A DNA stretch of 64,000 bases from Planctomycetota bacterium (GTDB taxonomy: Bacteria > Planctomycetota > UBA8108), in assembly GCA_965659285.1 (NCBI GenBank), contig CBFHWB010000001.1, forward strand, positions 1,797 to 65,796, written 5' to 3'. A program made the position numbers and the translations under genes. This document shows, piece by piece, positions 53,501 to 61,480 of this stretch (the first letter of the stretch is position 1; every line of letters begins with the position of its first letter). The notes under the pieces were generated by a model, which saw only the letters and a list, made by a program, of their open reading frames with translations, searched no databases and was not told the DNA's origin.

Positions 53501-56195
53501 CGCCGCCCTCCGGCCCCAGGTCGATGAGGTGATCGGCCTGGGCCAGCACATCCACCTGGTGCTCGATCATGACAACCCCGTGTCCCCGGTCTACCAGCCC
53601 GTGAAGAACATCGAGCAGTCGGCGAATATCGTCGAGGTGGAGCCCCGTGGTCGGCTCATCCAGGAGAAAGAGCAGCCTTCCTTCCCCGCGGGTCATCAGC
53701 ACCCTGGATGCCAGCTTCAGGCGCTGGGCCTCGCCGCCGGAGAGAGTGTTGAGCGGCTGTCCAAGCTGCAGGTAGCCGAGCCCCAGGGAACCGAGGAAAC
53801 GGAGCCTCTCCGCGAGCCTCTCCTCATGGCTGAAAAAGACAGCCGCATCGTCGATGGTCAGTTGGAGAACCTCGTGAACATTGAGCTCCCCGTACCTGAT
53901 CCCCAGCACCTCCTGCCGGAACCTGCGTCCGTCACAGGCCTCACAGGTCAGCGTGACATCGGACAGGAACTGCATCTCGATCTGGACAACCCCCGCCCCC
54001 TTGCATTCCTCGCAGCGACCGCCCTTCACATTGAAGCTGAAGGCGCCGGCGTCAAAGCCGGCCTCGCGAGCCTCATCCGTGGCGGCGAAGAGCTTGCGGA
54101 TTCGGTCAAAAACCTTCGTATAGGTCGCCGGATTACCCCTGGGGGTCTTTCCGATGGGCGACTGGTCGACCAGCACGACCTCATCGACCAGCTCCAGGCC
54201 GCGAATGGAATCCACGAGCACCTCTCCCTCAACCGCCAGGCCCTGTTCCCGCTGCCAGTGACGCCAGAGAACCTGGTGGACCAGGGAGCTTTTGCCGGAG
54301 CCGGAGACCCCGCTGACGGCGGTGAAGACGTCGACCGGGATATCGACATCAAGATCCCGAAGGTTGTTCTCACGCGCCCCGGCAATCGCCAGGCAACGGG
54401 AAGCCTTCACCTTGCGGCGCTTGCGTGAGGCGGCAGCCACCCGGGACTCTCCCCTGAGGTAGGCACCGGTGAGCGAATCCCCGCTCGAGATGATCTTTCC
54501 GACAGACCCCTCAGCCACCACCTCGCCTCCAGCGCTTCCGGACCCGGGCCCCATGTCGATCACATGATCGGCGGCGGCGACAATCTCCGGATCATGCTCC
54601 ACCACCACCACCGTATTGCCGCGGTCACGCACCTGGCGCAGAATCTCGAGCAGGCGCGCGTTATCCCTCGCATGCAGCCCAATGGAGGGCTCGTCGAGAA
54701 CGAAGAGCGTGTCCACCAGCGAGGCTCCGAGAGCCGCGGTCAGGTTCACCCGCTCCACCTCCCCTCCGGAGAGCGTACGGGACTGGCGGTCGAGCGACAG
54801 GTAGCCGAGGCCGACGGAGTCCAGGTAACCGAGCCGGGAGGAGATCTCCTCCACCACGAGGCGCTCAGGCCTCTGCAGCTTCCCGGCTGCAAGCTCGGCC
54901 AGGATCCTGACGCCGGCGAGCACCGGCAGCTTCCAGAACTCCGGCAGCGTCATTCCGCCTACGCGAAAGCAGAAGGCCTCAGGCCTCAGGCGACCGCCGC
55001 GGCAGGATGGACACTCGTTGAAGCCGCGGTAGCGCGACAGGAACACTCGCACGTGCATCCTGTACTTCTTCTTTTCGAGGCTGCGAAAAAAACCTTTCAC
55101 CCCGGCCCAACCGCTCCCGCCGCCGTCGATGACGAAGGCTCTGTCCTCCCTGGAGAGCTCCTCCCAGGGAACATCCATGTCGAGTCCCCGCGCCTCGCAG
55201 GCTTTCCTGCATTTCGTACGCCAGCGGCCTGAACGCCGGCCCTTGCTCTTCCACGGCTTGATGGCACCTGAATTGAGTGACAGGCGGCGGTCGGGAACGA
55301 CCAGCCCCCAGTCGATCTCGATGATCCTGCCAAACCCGCGGCACTCCTTGCAGGCTCCATAGGGCGTATTGAAGGAGAAAAGACCGGGAGTAGGATTCGG
55401 CAAGGCCACATCGCAGGCGGAGCAGCGCAGTCCGCGCGTAAAGTCCCTCGATCCCCTCGAGGTAAGAAGTCTCATCCTTCCATGGGCTACCTTGAAGGCC
55501 TGCTCGATGGAATCTACGCGCCGCTGTCGCGAGGCGGATTTTTTCGAGAGACGGTCGACGACAATGTCCACCCGTCCGTCCTCGAGATCACCAGCCTCGA
55601 GATCAGTGATACGAACAACCTCCCCGCCGCGAAGAAAGCGCAGAAACCCCTGTCCCTGGAAGGCCGCCGAGATGACCTCTAACGACTCGAAGCCTCCGAG
55701 GGGAACGGGAGCTACGATGAGAACGGGCCAGTCCGAATCTTTGAGGGCCGCGAGGCTCTCGAGCACTGCGGTGGTATTCTCAGGCTCGACCTCCTCTGCG
55801 CACTGCGGACAATAGCCTCGTGAGCAGCGTGAATACAGCAGCTTGAGGTAGTCGTTGATTCCGGTCATGGTGCCCACCGTCGAACGTGAAGTCTTCACCG
55901 CGCCGGACTGGTCGATGGCGACCGCCGGGGGGATTCCATCGATCGAGTCCGCGTCCGGCCGGGTAAAGCGGTCAAGGAACTGCCTGGTATAGGCGGAAAA
56001 CGTCTCGACGTAGCGGCGCTGCCCCTCGGCATAGAGCGTATCGAAGGCCAGGCTGGATTTCCCCGAACCGCTCACACCCGTAATCACGGTGAGCTTGCCC
56101 AGGGGGATATCGATATCGATATCCCTCAAGTTGTTCTGACGAAGTCCGCGCAGCCGAATGGCGGCGTCGCCGTTACAGGAGTTCCTTGCGCACAT
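50535..56195 (-). CDS. uvrA: Tandem-duplicated UvrA-like ABC ATPase (1886 aa; two complete UvrA-type modules, four ABC ATPase domains)
   Basis: Walker A GVSGSGKSSL occurs four times (ITGVSGSGKSSLAFD, VSGVSGSGKSSLVHQ, VTGLSGSGKSSLLYD, VTGVSGAGKSTLVRD). Four LSGGE signatures. Cys-x2-Cys zinc modules. The second module restarts with VIRVVGARENNLKNINVEIP. Confidence 0.85.
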   Translation of the reverse strand: MCARNSCNGDAAIRLRGLRQNNLRDIDIDIPLGKLTVITGVSGSGKSSLAFDTLYAEGQRRYVETFSAYTRQFLDRFTRPDADSIDGIPPAVAIDQSGAVKTSRSTVGTMTGINDYLKLLYSRCSRGYCPQCAEEVEPENTTAVLESLAALKDSDWPVLIVAPVPLGGFESLEVISAAFQGQGFLRFLRGGEVVRITDLEAGDLEDGRVDIVVDRLSKKSASRQRRVDSIEQAFKVAHGRMRLLTSRGSRDFTRGLRCSACDVALPNPTPGLFSFNTPYGACKECRGFGRIIEIDWGLVVPDRRLSLNSGAIKPWKSKGRRSGRWRTKCRKACEARGLDMDVPWEELSREDRAFVIDGGGSGWAGVKGFFRSLEKKKYRMHVRVFLSRYRGFNECPSCRGGRLRPEAFCFRVGGMTLPEFWKLPVLAGVRILAELAAGKLQRPERLVVEEISSRLGYLDSVGLGYLSLDRQSRTLSGGEVERVNLTAALGASLVDTLFVLDEPSIGLHARDNARLLEILRQVRDRGNTVVVVEHDPEIVAAADHVIDMGPGSGSAGGEVVAEGSVGKIISSGDSLTGAYLRGESRVAAASRKRRKVKASRCLAIAGARENNLRDLDVDIPVDVFTAVSGVSGSGKSSLVHQVLWRHWQREQGLAVEGEVLVDSIRGLELVDEVVLVDQSPIGKTPRGNPATYTKVFDRIRKLFAATDEAREAGFDAGAFSFNVKGGRCEECKGAGVVQIEMQFLSDVTLTCEACDGRRFRQEVLGIRYGELNVHEVLQLTIDDAAVFFSHEERLAERLRFLGSLGLGYLQLGQPLNTLSGGEAQRLKLASRVLMTRGEGRLLFLLDEPTTGLHLDDIRRLLDVLHGLVDRGHGVVMIEHQVDVLAQADHLIDLGPEGGDGGGRLVASGSPEEVAAVKDSITGRWVGEALRAAGKSTAGRKASRRSSRRKNVIRVVGARENNLKNINVEIPRNAFVVVTGLSGSGKSSLLYDIVFSEGQRRYLDCLSPYARQFVEDLHRPDIDHLEGIPPAVAIEQRTTVGGRKSTVGTVTEVYHFLRLLFTRAGAQVCPGCDVEAVPRSFDEILERVRELASGGGALLAPVIRGKKGFHHTVLSKARAEGIIEARIDDGWIEIPEEELRLDRHKLHDIDLVLGRFSSAGKNAGVDLSRTLLRALELGRGVVRFVDDQGEETLLSRNRSCPSCGRDFDEPDPRNFSFHSRHGACGECSGYGAFYRLDPLKLIENWDAPLEAKRNGPLTFLDEPPFGRGFRRAFLAELAGISGLPTDGRDLSRWGKRALGILLEGKGRSGFPGLVPMVDELLGDLEPDDRDRYLARKGSEMVCPACDGSRIARRWGAVRVGGKSIGEMTRLSVEELSLALGALEVKERDRPVVDPILVEIASRLDFLREVGLDYLALNRSANTLSGGEAQRIRLASALGSNLRGACYILDEPTIGLHPRDNERLLETLRDLRDKGNSVYVIEHDDATIEAADHVIDMGPGPGRHGGEVVVQGALDEIISDKTSETARYFRDRDNRSFELAAEPLDDSPCLEIRGATLHNLKDIDVKIPMGAVTVVTGVSGAGKSTLVRDLLEESIRRQFRGLRDPVAGVREVVGVELVESLREVDQRPIGRTPRSTPATYVGFWNRIRQIFASTPAARARGWEARRFSFNVADGRCDACSGQGRKRMEMNFLPDMTVDCEVCLGRRFNPETLEIIYNGKSIADVLELTVEEGVRFFDSFRDLTRPLRALDSLGLGYLTLGQPSTTLSGGEAQRVKLAVELSKTTRGAGLYLFDEPTTGLHMRDVARLVEVLTELAAAGHAVVVIEHNLEVIAGADWLIDLGPGGGDAGGELLYQGPAAGLLAGAPESPTASCLEAFTGKSRESCDLAV

Positions 56196-56233
56196 GGTCT
56201 CGATTTACCCGACCTGCCGGAAAATGCAAGCTT

Positions 56234-56806
56234 TCAGGGGGTGCTCCTCTCCCGGAGTTCCCTCGTAAGATAGTCCGTCAGCTCCTCAAAAGAACCAGCC
56301 AGCGGCGCGGCGCCATCCGGGAACCCGGCTATGTCGCCCTCCTCACCCAGCCAGCAGATGAGAGGCCTGCCGTACTCGAGCGCCAGCTCGACCTCCGAGC
56401 GGGTGCCGGCCCCGCCCGGCAGGGCGACAATGACATCGGCGGAGAGCACGTTCAGATGATTTCGGCTCATTGGATCGCGGCCCCGCTCACCGCTGAGGGG
56501 AAGATGGGTCCGGATCGGTATCTCGACCCAATGATTGGGATAGCCCCCGGGAGAACCGCGTCCTCCAGCTCCGGGGCTTCCGGGAAGTATACCGATCGAC
56601 CGGCCATCCCGGCCTTCAACCGAATGGAAGGCCCGGCTCACAGACGCCATTACCCCGGCTCCGCCGCCAGTCAGGAGATGGCAGCCGTTCGCGCCGATCC
56701 ACTCGCCCAGCGGGCCGGCCAGCTCGCCGTGTTCTTCCTTTCCTGAGCCCATCACGGCCACAATGGGCTGACGAAGATCCCCTGCGGTGCTATATTCATC
56801 CTTCAT
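56234..56806 (-). CDS. LOG-family (TIGR00725-like) Rossmann-fold nucleotide-binding protein
   Basis: PGGAGTRSE motif and GGGAGVM glycine-rich loop. Start at MKDEYS. Confidence 0.7.
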   Translation of the reverse strand: MKDEYSTAGDLRQPIVAVMGSGKEEHGELAGPLGEWIGANGCHLLTGGGAGVMASVSRAFHSVEGRDGRSIGILPGSPGAGGRGSPGGYPNHWVEIPIRTHLPLSGERGRDPMSRNHLNVLSADVIVALPGGAGTRSEVELALEYGRPLICWLGEEGDIAGFPDGAAPLAGSFEELTDYLTRELRERSTP

Positions 56807-57461
56807 GAATGACTCTCTCCAAATGACCCCGCGCTCCGTCTTCCTGGGAGGTCTCATCCTCGAGGCCGCCCTGGTCGTTATCGCAATCCTGGTCAGCTAC
56901 CTGTTCTTCGATACCCCCCTGCTGAACCCCATCGGCTTCGATCGAGAGGGACTGCTCACAGGAATCGCCGCAAGCCTGCCCATGGTAGCCTATTTCTTCT
57001 TTTCACTGTCAGCATTCGGACGGAATCTCGCGCCCCTCAAACGTATCTACGACCTGCTCAGAAGAATGCTCTCACGAGCGCTGATCGAGATGCCCGCCTG
57101 GCAGATCGTTCTCCTGGGCATGGCGGCGGGAATCGGCGAGGAGTGTCTCTTCCGCGGGGTTCTTCAGCCTGTTGTCGAAGGCTGGACATCCCCCCTGACC
57201 GCAATCCTCCTGACCGGCCTCATCTTCGGATTGCTGCACGCGCTCACACCCGCCTATTTCATCCTCGCCACCATCCTGTCGATCTACTTCGGCTTCCTGG
57301 TCAACTACACGGGCAACCTGATGACACCGATACTTGCCCACGGCCTTTACGATGTCGTCGGATTCCTCCTTCTCAAACGTCTCTTCCTGAAAGACTCACC
57401 GTACGCAGAGAACGGCGACGGTGAAAAACACGAGGAAGAAGCCGAGGCTCCCGGCGACTAG
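56805..57461 (+). CDS. CPBP (CAAX/Abi) family intramembrane metalloprotease
   Basis: Motifs EECLFRG, FGLLHA, HGLYD in hydrophobic helices. Confidence 0.75.
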   Translation: MNDSLQMTPRSVFLGGLILEAALVVIAILVSYLFFDTPLLNPIGFDREGLLTGIAASLPMVAYFFFSLSAFGRNLAPLKRIYDLLRRMLSRALIEMPAWQIVLLGMAAGIGEECLFRGVLQPVVEGWTSPLTAILLTGLIFGLLHALTPAYFILATILSIYFGFLVNYTGNLMTPILAHGLYDVVGFLLLKRLFLKDSPYAENGDGEKHEEEAEAPGD

Positions 57462-57793
57462 CCCGGCGGCCAGGCAAGCTCGCGGCCGCCCAGCAGGTGA
57501 ACATGCAGGTGAAAGACGGACTGCCCCGCCCCCTCACCGTTGTTGGTCACCAGGCGGTAGTCCTCGAGTTCTTCCCGCCGAGCCACCTCGGCAGCCACCC
57601 AGAGCAGGTGGCCGAGCAGTTCCCTGTCCTCTTTCTCCATATCCGCAACCTTGACAATCGGCTTGCGGGGAATGATGAGGACATGGGTCGGAGCCTGGGG
57701 CTGGATATCCCGGAAGGCGAGTGCCCTCTCGTCCTCGTAGACGATGTCGGCAGGAATCTCCTTGTCGATGATCTTCTGGAATATGGTGCTCAT
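57458..57793 (-). CDS. HIT (histidine triad) family protein
   Basis: HLHVHLLGG histidine-triad motif. 111 aa. Confidence 0.85.
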   Translation of the reverse strand: MSTIFQKIIDKEIPADIVYEDERALAFRDIQPQAPTHVLIIPRKPIVKVADMEKEDRELLGHLLWVAAEVARREELEDYRLVTNNGEGAGQSVFHLHVHLLGGRELAWPPG

Positions 57794-57978
57794 GGACGAC
57801 TCTCCTTAGCTCTTCTCCACGGCAAACCCGGCAGGGTTCGCCGTCCGGCATTGGACTTAGCGGAGCCCAAATGCGAAAATACCTGTGCCTAAGGTGCACT
57901 GAAAACCGGACCATGTCCACGATGCGATAGGACGGGCTCCGGACGCCGACATCTTCACCGAGAGCGAGAGGCGAATCG

Positions 57979-59427
57979 ATGAGCGAAAGCCAGACCGGGA
58001 AGAGAAGACATTCCAGGCGCGCGGCCATCCGCGCCGGAGCTATCGGACTCGCTGGACTCGGGCTGGCGGAATTCAAGGCTCTTCGCGCCGAGGCCGAAAA
58101 GAACCCCGACGCTGCGACACCGAAGGCGCGCTCGGTCATCTATATCTTTCTCTCCGGCGGCCTCTCACAAATCGACAGCTTCGACATGAAGCCCGACGCG
58201 AAAAAAGAATTCCGCGGATCCTTCAAGCCGATCCCCACCGCGACGACTGGAATCCAGGTCTGTGAGCACCTGCCTCTTCTCGCCAGGCGAAGCGAATCCT
58301 GGTCCATCTGCAGATCGATGACCCATCCCTTCAACGAACACTCCGAGGGGCACATGGTCATGCTCTCGGGGCGCAGCGACCTGCCCCCGGCCTTCGATCT
58401 CAACAAGCCCAAGGAGAGCGACTGGCCGGCGATCGGGGCCATAGCCAACCAGCTCGTCAAGCCCAAGGGCGTCATGCCGTCCTCCGTCGTGCTTCCTGAA
58501 CGGCTCGTTCACAGGACCGGACGGGTCATCCCGGGACAGTTCGGTGGAGTGATGGGAAACCAGGCAGCGCCCTGGTTCATCGAGGCCTCGACCTTCAACA
58601 GCAAATCCTACGGAGCCTACCCCGAGTTCACATTCCATCATGAAAAGGGCACCCAGAAGAGATCGAACGACCTCTTCAATATTCCCCAGCTATCGCTCTC
58701 CGAGGATCTCTCGAGGACCAGGCTGCGTCGGCGAATAGAGGTGCTCGAATCCATCAACTCCCAGCAACAATCACTCCAGCGCGCGCGCCCGGTACAGGAG
58801 TTCCGGCGCTACCACGACCTGGCCCTCGGGCTGCTCGGCGACCCGAAGACCCGGGGCGCCTTTGACATCAACGACGCGGATTCAGCGACCCTCGAGCGCT
58901 ACGGAAACAACTCCTTCGGCTGGTCCCTGCTGACCGCCCGCAAGCTGGTCGAGAACGGGGTCAACCTGGTCCAGGTCAACCTGGGAAACAACGAGACCTG
59001 GGATACCCATGTCAACGCCTTCCCGAACCTCGAGAAATACCTCTTCCCACCGATGGATCGTGCTGTCTCGGCGCTCCTCGATGATCTCGGCGAGCGCGGC
59101 CTCCTCGAGGAAACCCTCCTGGTCATGGCCGGTGAGTTCGGCAGGACGCCGAAGATCTTCAGCATCGGTAAGGGAAAGCCTCCGGGTCGCGATCACTGGG
59201 GAGCGGTTCAGACGGTCTGGTTCGCCGGAGGCGGAGTCCAGGGCGGACGTATCATAGGCTCTTCGGATGCCGAGGGAGGCCAGCCGAAAGACAATCCCCA
59301 GAAGCCCGAGAACATGGCCGCGACGATGTTCTCGGCCCTGGGAATACCCCGCGACGGACACTGGATGGAGCGCCGTGGCCGTCCGCACCCGGTGTACTCA
59401 GCCGACCCGATTGAAGGACTTCTCTGA
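57979..59427 (+). CDS. DUF1501 family protein with twin-arginine signal (sulfatase-like fold)
   Basis: Tat motif RRHSRRAAIRAGAIGLAGLGLA. Length and conserved blocks of DUF1501, a family abundant in Planctomycetota and Verrucomicrobia. Confidence 0.75.
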   Translation: MSESQTGKRRHSRRAAIRAGAIGLAGLGLAEFKALRAEAEKNPDAATPKARSVIYIFLSGGLSQIDSFDMKPDAKKEFRGSFKPIPTATTGIQVCEHLPLLARRSESWSICRSMTHPFNEHSEGHMVMLSGRSDLPPAFDLNKPKESDWPAIGAIANQLVKPKGVMPSSVVLPERLVHRTGRVIPGQFGGVMGNQAAPWFIEASTFNSKSYGAYPEFTFHHEKGTQKRSNDLFNIPQLSLSEDLSRTRLRRRIEVLESINSQQQSLQRARPVQEFRRYHDLALGLLGDPKTRGAFDINDADSATLERYGNNSFGWSLLTARKLVENGVNLVQVNLGNNETWDTHVNAFPNLEKYLFPPMDRAVSALLDDLGERGLLEETLLVMAGEFGRTPKIFSIGKGKPPGRDHWGAVQTVWFAGGGVQGGRIIGSSDAEGGQPKDNPQKPENMAATMFSALGIPRDGHWMERRGRPHPVYSADPIEGLL

Positions 59428-59431
59428 GAAA

Positions 59432-61459
59432 TCACTCGTCGAGCTGGTTGAGCAGCTTCCTGGCTCCAGGGTGGCCGGGCTCCCGTTCCAGATAGCCGCG
59501 CAACAGCGAGCGGGCCCGCCCCTCACTGCCAAGCCGGATGTAGAGCTTTGCCAGGTTCAAATGGGCGGCGGGTTCGGCGGGCACCAGCGAGATGGACTTC
59601 TGAAAAGCCGAGATAGCTCCATCCGCCTCACCGAGGGCCTGGAGAACAAGTCCCAGGTTGTTGTGGCCGGAGGCATAGTCGGGATCGACCCGCACCGAGG
59701 TTTCGCACATCTTCCTGGCCTCCTTGAATCGACCGCTCTCGGCGAGTATGACACCGAGGTTACTCCACAGCTCGGGATCTTTCGAATCGAGGGCCACCGC
59801 CTTTTCATACATCTCCCGGGCTCCCTTGAGATCACCAGTTGACCGACAGACGGCTCCGAGACGTTTGTAGCCGGCGACCAGGCCGGGCTCGAGGCGGATC
59901 ACCTCTTCAAACCGCTTTCGCGCGCGCTCCGGAGCCCCTACCGTCAGCTCGATATTACCGATATTGATCAGCGACTCGATGTGTCCCGGTCTCAATTCGA
60001 GCACCTTGTTGAACACCCGGTAGGAATCCTCCAGATGTCCCTGCCTGGCGAGAGCGACCCCCAGGTTGGCCGCCGCGTCGATAAATTCCGGTTGGACCTC
60101 GAGAACTCCTTCGAAGGCCTTTCGAGCGGACCCGAGCTTTCCCGCCCTCAGATGGATGAGACCGATATTGTAGAGAGCTTCGGTCTCGCCAGGGCGTCGA
60201 ACCAGGGTGCGCTCAAAAGCCTCGAGGCCATAGGCCGGCAGGCCTGCCTCCAGGTAGGACACGCCAAGCTGGAATTCGTTTCGGAACCAGTCCGAGGAGT
60301 AATATTTCCCGGGAAAAGGAAGTCCTTTCTCCAGCCGCCCCCGCGGAGCCGCGGGGATACCGGCCGCGTCTTCGCTCAGAGACGCCCAGCCCACCCGGCC
60401 CTCGTAGATCCGCACCAGGTCTCCGGCTGAATTGAGCAGCAGGGTGCAGGGAAGTCTCAGCCCTCTCGGCCAGCGCACGACCTCCTCAACAAGCACCGAA
60501 AGCGCCAGCAGGTCCTCTGGCCCCGCGAAGGCGGCCGGAAAGCCGGCCTTTCGAACGAGCTCGGCGGTCTTCTCCGCCCCCCGGTTGGATTCACCTGTAA
60601 CGATCAGGACAGGGAGAGTGGAGCCCGAGGCGGAACGCTCTTTCTTCCACTCCGAGAGCTCGAGCACACAACTCGAACACTCAGGGGACCAGAGGTTCAG
60701 CGCCAGCGGAGCGCCCCTGTACTTGAGGAGCGACGACCTTTTACCGGCAAGGTTACGCAACTGCAGCCCCGGCAAGGTGACGGGGTCCAGCAGCCAGACC
60801 CTCCTGGAGTCCGGCGAGGCGCGGCTGAAGACTGGCGCGGAAGGCGCGGGCTCCTGCCCGCTGCGCTGGCCGAAAGGGCGAAGGGAGGGTTTCTTCGCAC
60901 CCTCTCGCAGGAAAACCTCCCGATCGGCGGGAAGATCCCTGAAAACCTGGACCAGCCCCGAAGGCCAGGTGACCTCCAGGCTGTCAACCTTGAGCGAGTC
61001 GCCAATCCCGAAGAAGAGCTCCGGTGAATTCTGGGAGAGAAAACCCGAGCCGGCCCGAAGCTCCTTCACCCTGCGCTTGCCGCCATGGCGGATCACGACC
61101 CTGGCACCGATTCCCTGGCGGTTGGACCGGCTGCCCTCGAGCCTGACCTTGAGGCGATGAAACGCAGCCCTTGAATCATTGCGCAGGATCCTGACCTGCG
61201 GCGCGTTGCGGTTCTTGACCAGGAGATCAGGGTCACCATCACGGTCATAGTCCCAGACAGCCAGTCCCCGGCCATCTTCGAGGTAATCGAGCCCTGAAAT
61301 CGCGGACTGGTTGACGAACCTGAAATCGCCCGCTCCGGCGAAGAAGCAGTTGCGCTCAAACCCCGACCAGGAGCCACCGGACCGGATCAACCTGTTGATG
61401 GCCTCCCAGGCGCCCTCGTACCTGGAGAGACGGCTTTTCACCCCGGTAGCCCGCGACAC
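59432..61459 (-). CDS. C-terminal portion of a CRTAC1-like protein: FG-GAP repeat, ASPIC/UnbV domain, thioredoxin-like CxxC domain and TPR repeats. No signal peptide; begins right after an in-frame TGA
   Basis: UnbV-like block GIGARVVIRHGG...ELRAGSGFLSQNS...FGIGD...VTWPSG. Redoxin motif LNLWSPECSSCVLEL. About eight TPR units at the C-terminus. GTG start. Confidence 0.6.
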   Translation of the reverse strand: MSRATGVKSRLSRYEGAWEAINRLIRSGGSWSGFERNCFFAGAGDFRFVNQSAISGLDYLEDGRGLAVWDYDRDGDPDLLVKNRNAPQVRILRNDSRAAFHRLKVRLEGSRSNRQGIGARVVIRHGGKRRVKELRAGSGFLSQNSPELFFGIGDSLKVDSLEVTWPSGLVQVFRDLPADREVFLREGAKKPSLRPFGQRSGQEPAPSAPVFSRASPDSRRVWLLDPVTLPGLQLRNLAGKRSSLLKYRGAPLALNLWSPECSSCVLELSEWKKERSASGSTLPVLIVTGESNRGAEKTAELVRKAGFPAAFAGPEDLLALSVLVEEVVRWPRGLRLPCTLLLNSAGDLVRIYEGRVGWASLSEDAAGIPAAPRGRLEKGLPFPGKYYSSDWFRNEFQLGVSYLEAGLPAYGLEAFERTLVRRPGETEALYNIGLIHLRAGKLGSARKAFEGVLEVQPEFIDAAANLGVALARQGHLEDSYRVFNKVLELRPGHIESLINIGNIELTVGAPERARKRFEEVIRLEPGLVAGYKRLGAVCRSTGDLKGAREMYEKAVALDSKDPELWSNLGVILAESGRFKEARKMCETSVRVDPDYASGHNNLGLVLQALGEADGAISAFQKSISLVPAEPAAHLNLAKLYIRLGSEGRARSLLRGYLEREPGHPGARKLLNQLDE

Positions 61460-61480
61460 GACCTGTCGCCAGAAGAAACT

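Noticed and set aside
57830-57870. A GGGTTCGCCGTCC string between the HIT and DUF1501 genes resembling a tRNA T-arm.
   Set aside because: I could not fold a 5-bp T-stem, anticodon arm or acceptor stem around it. It is most likely fortuitous.
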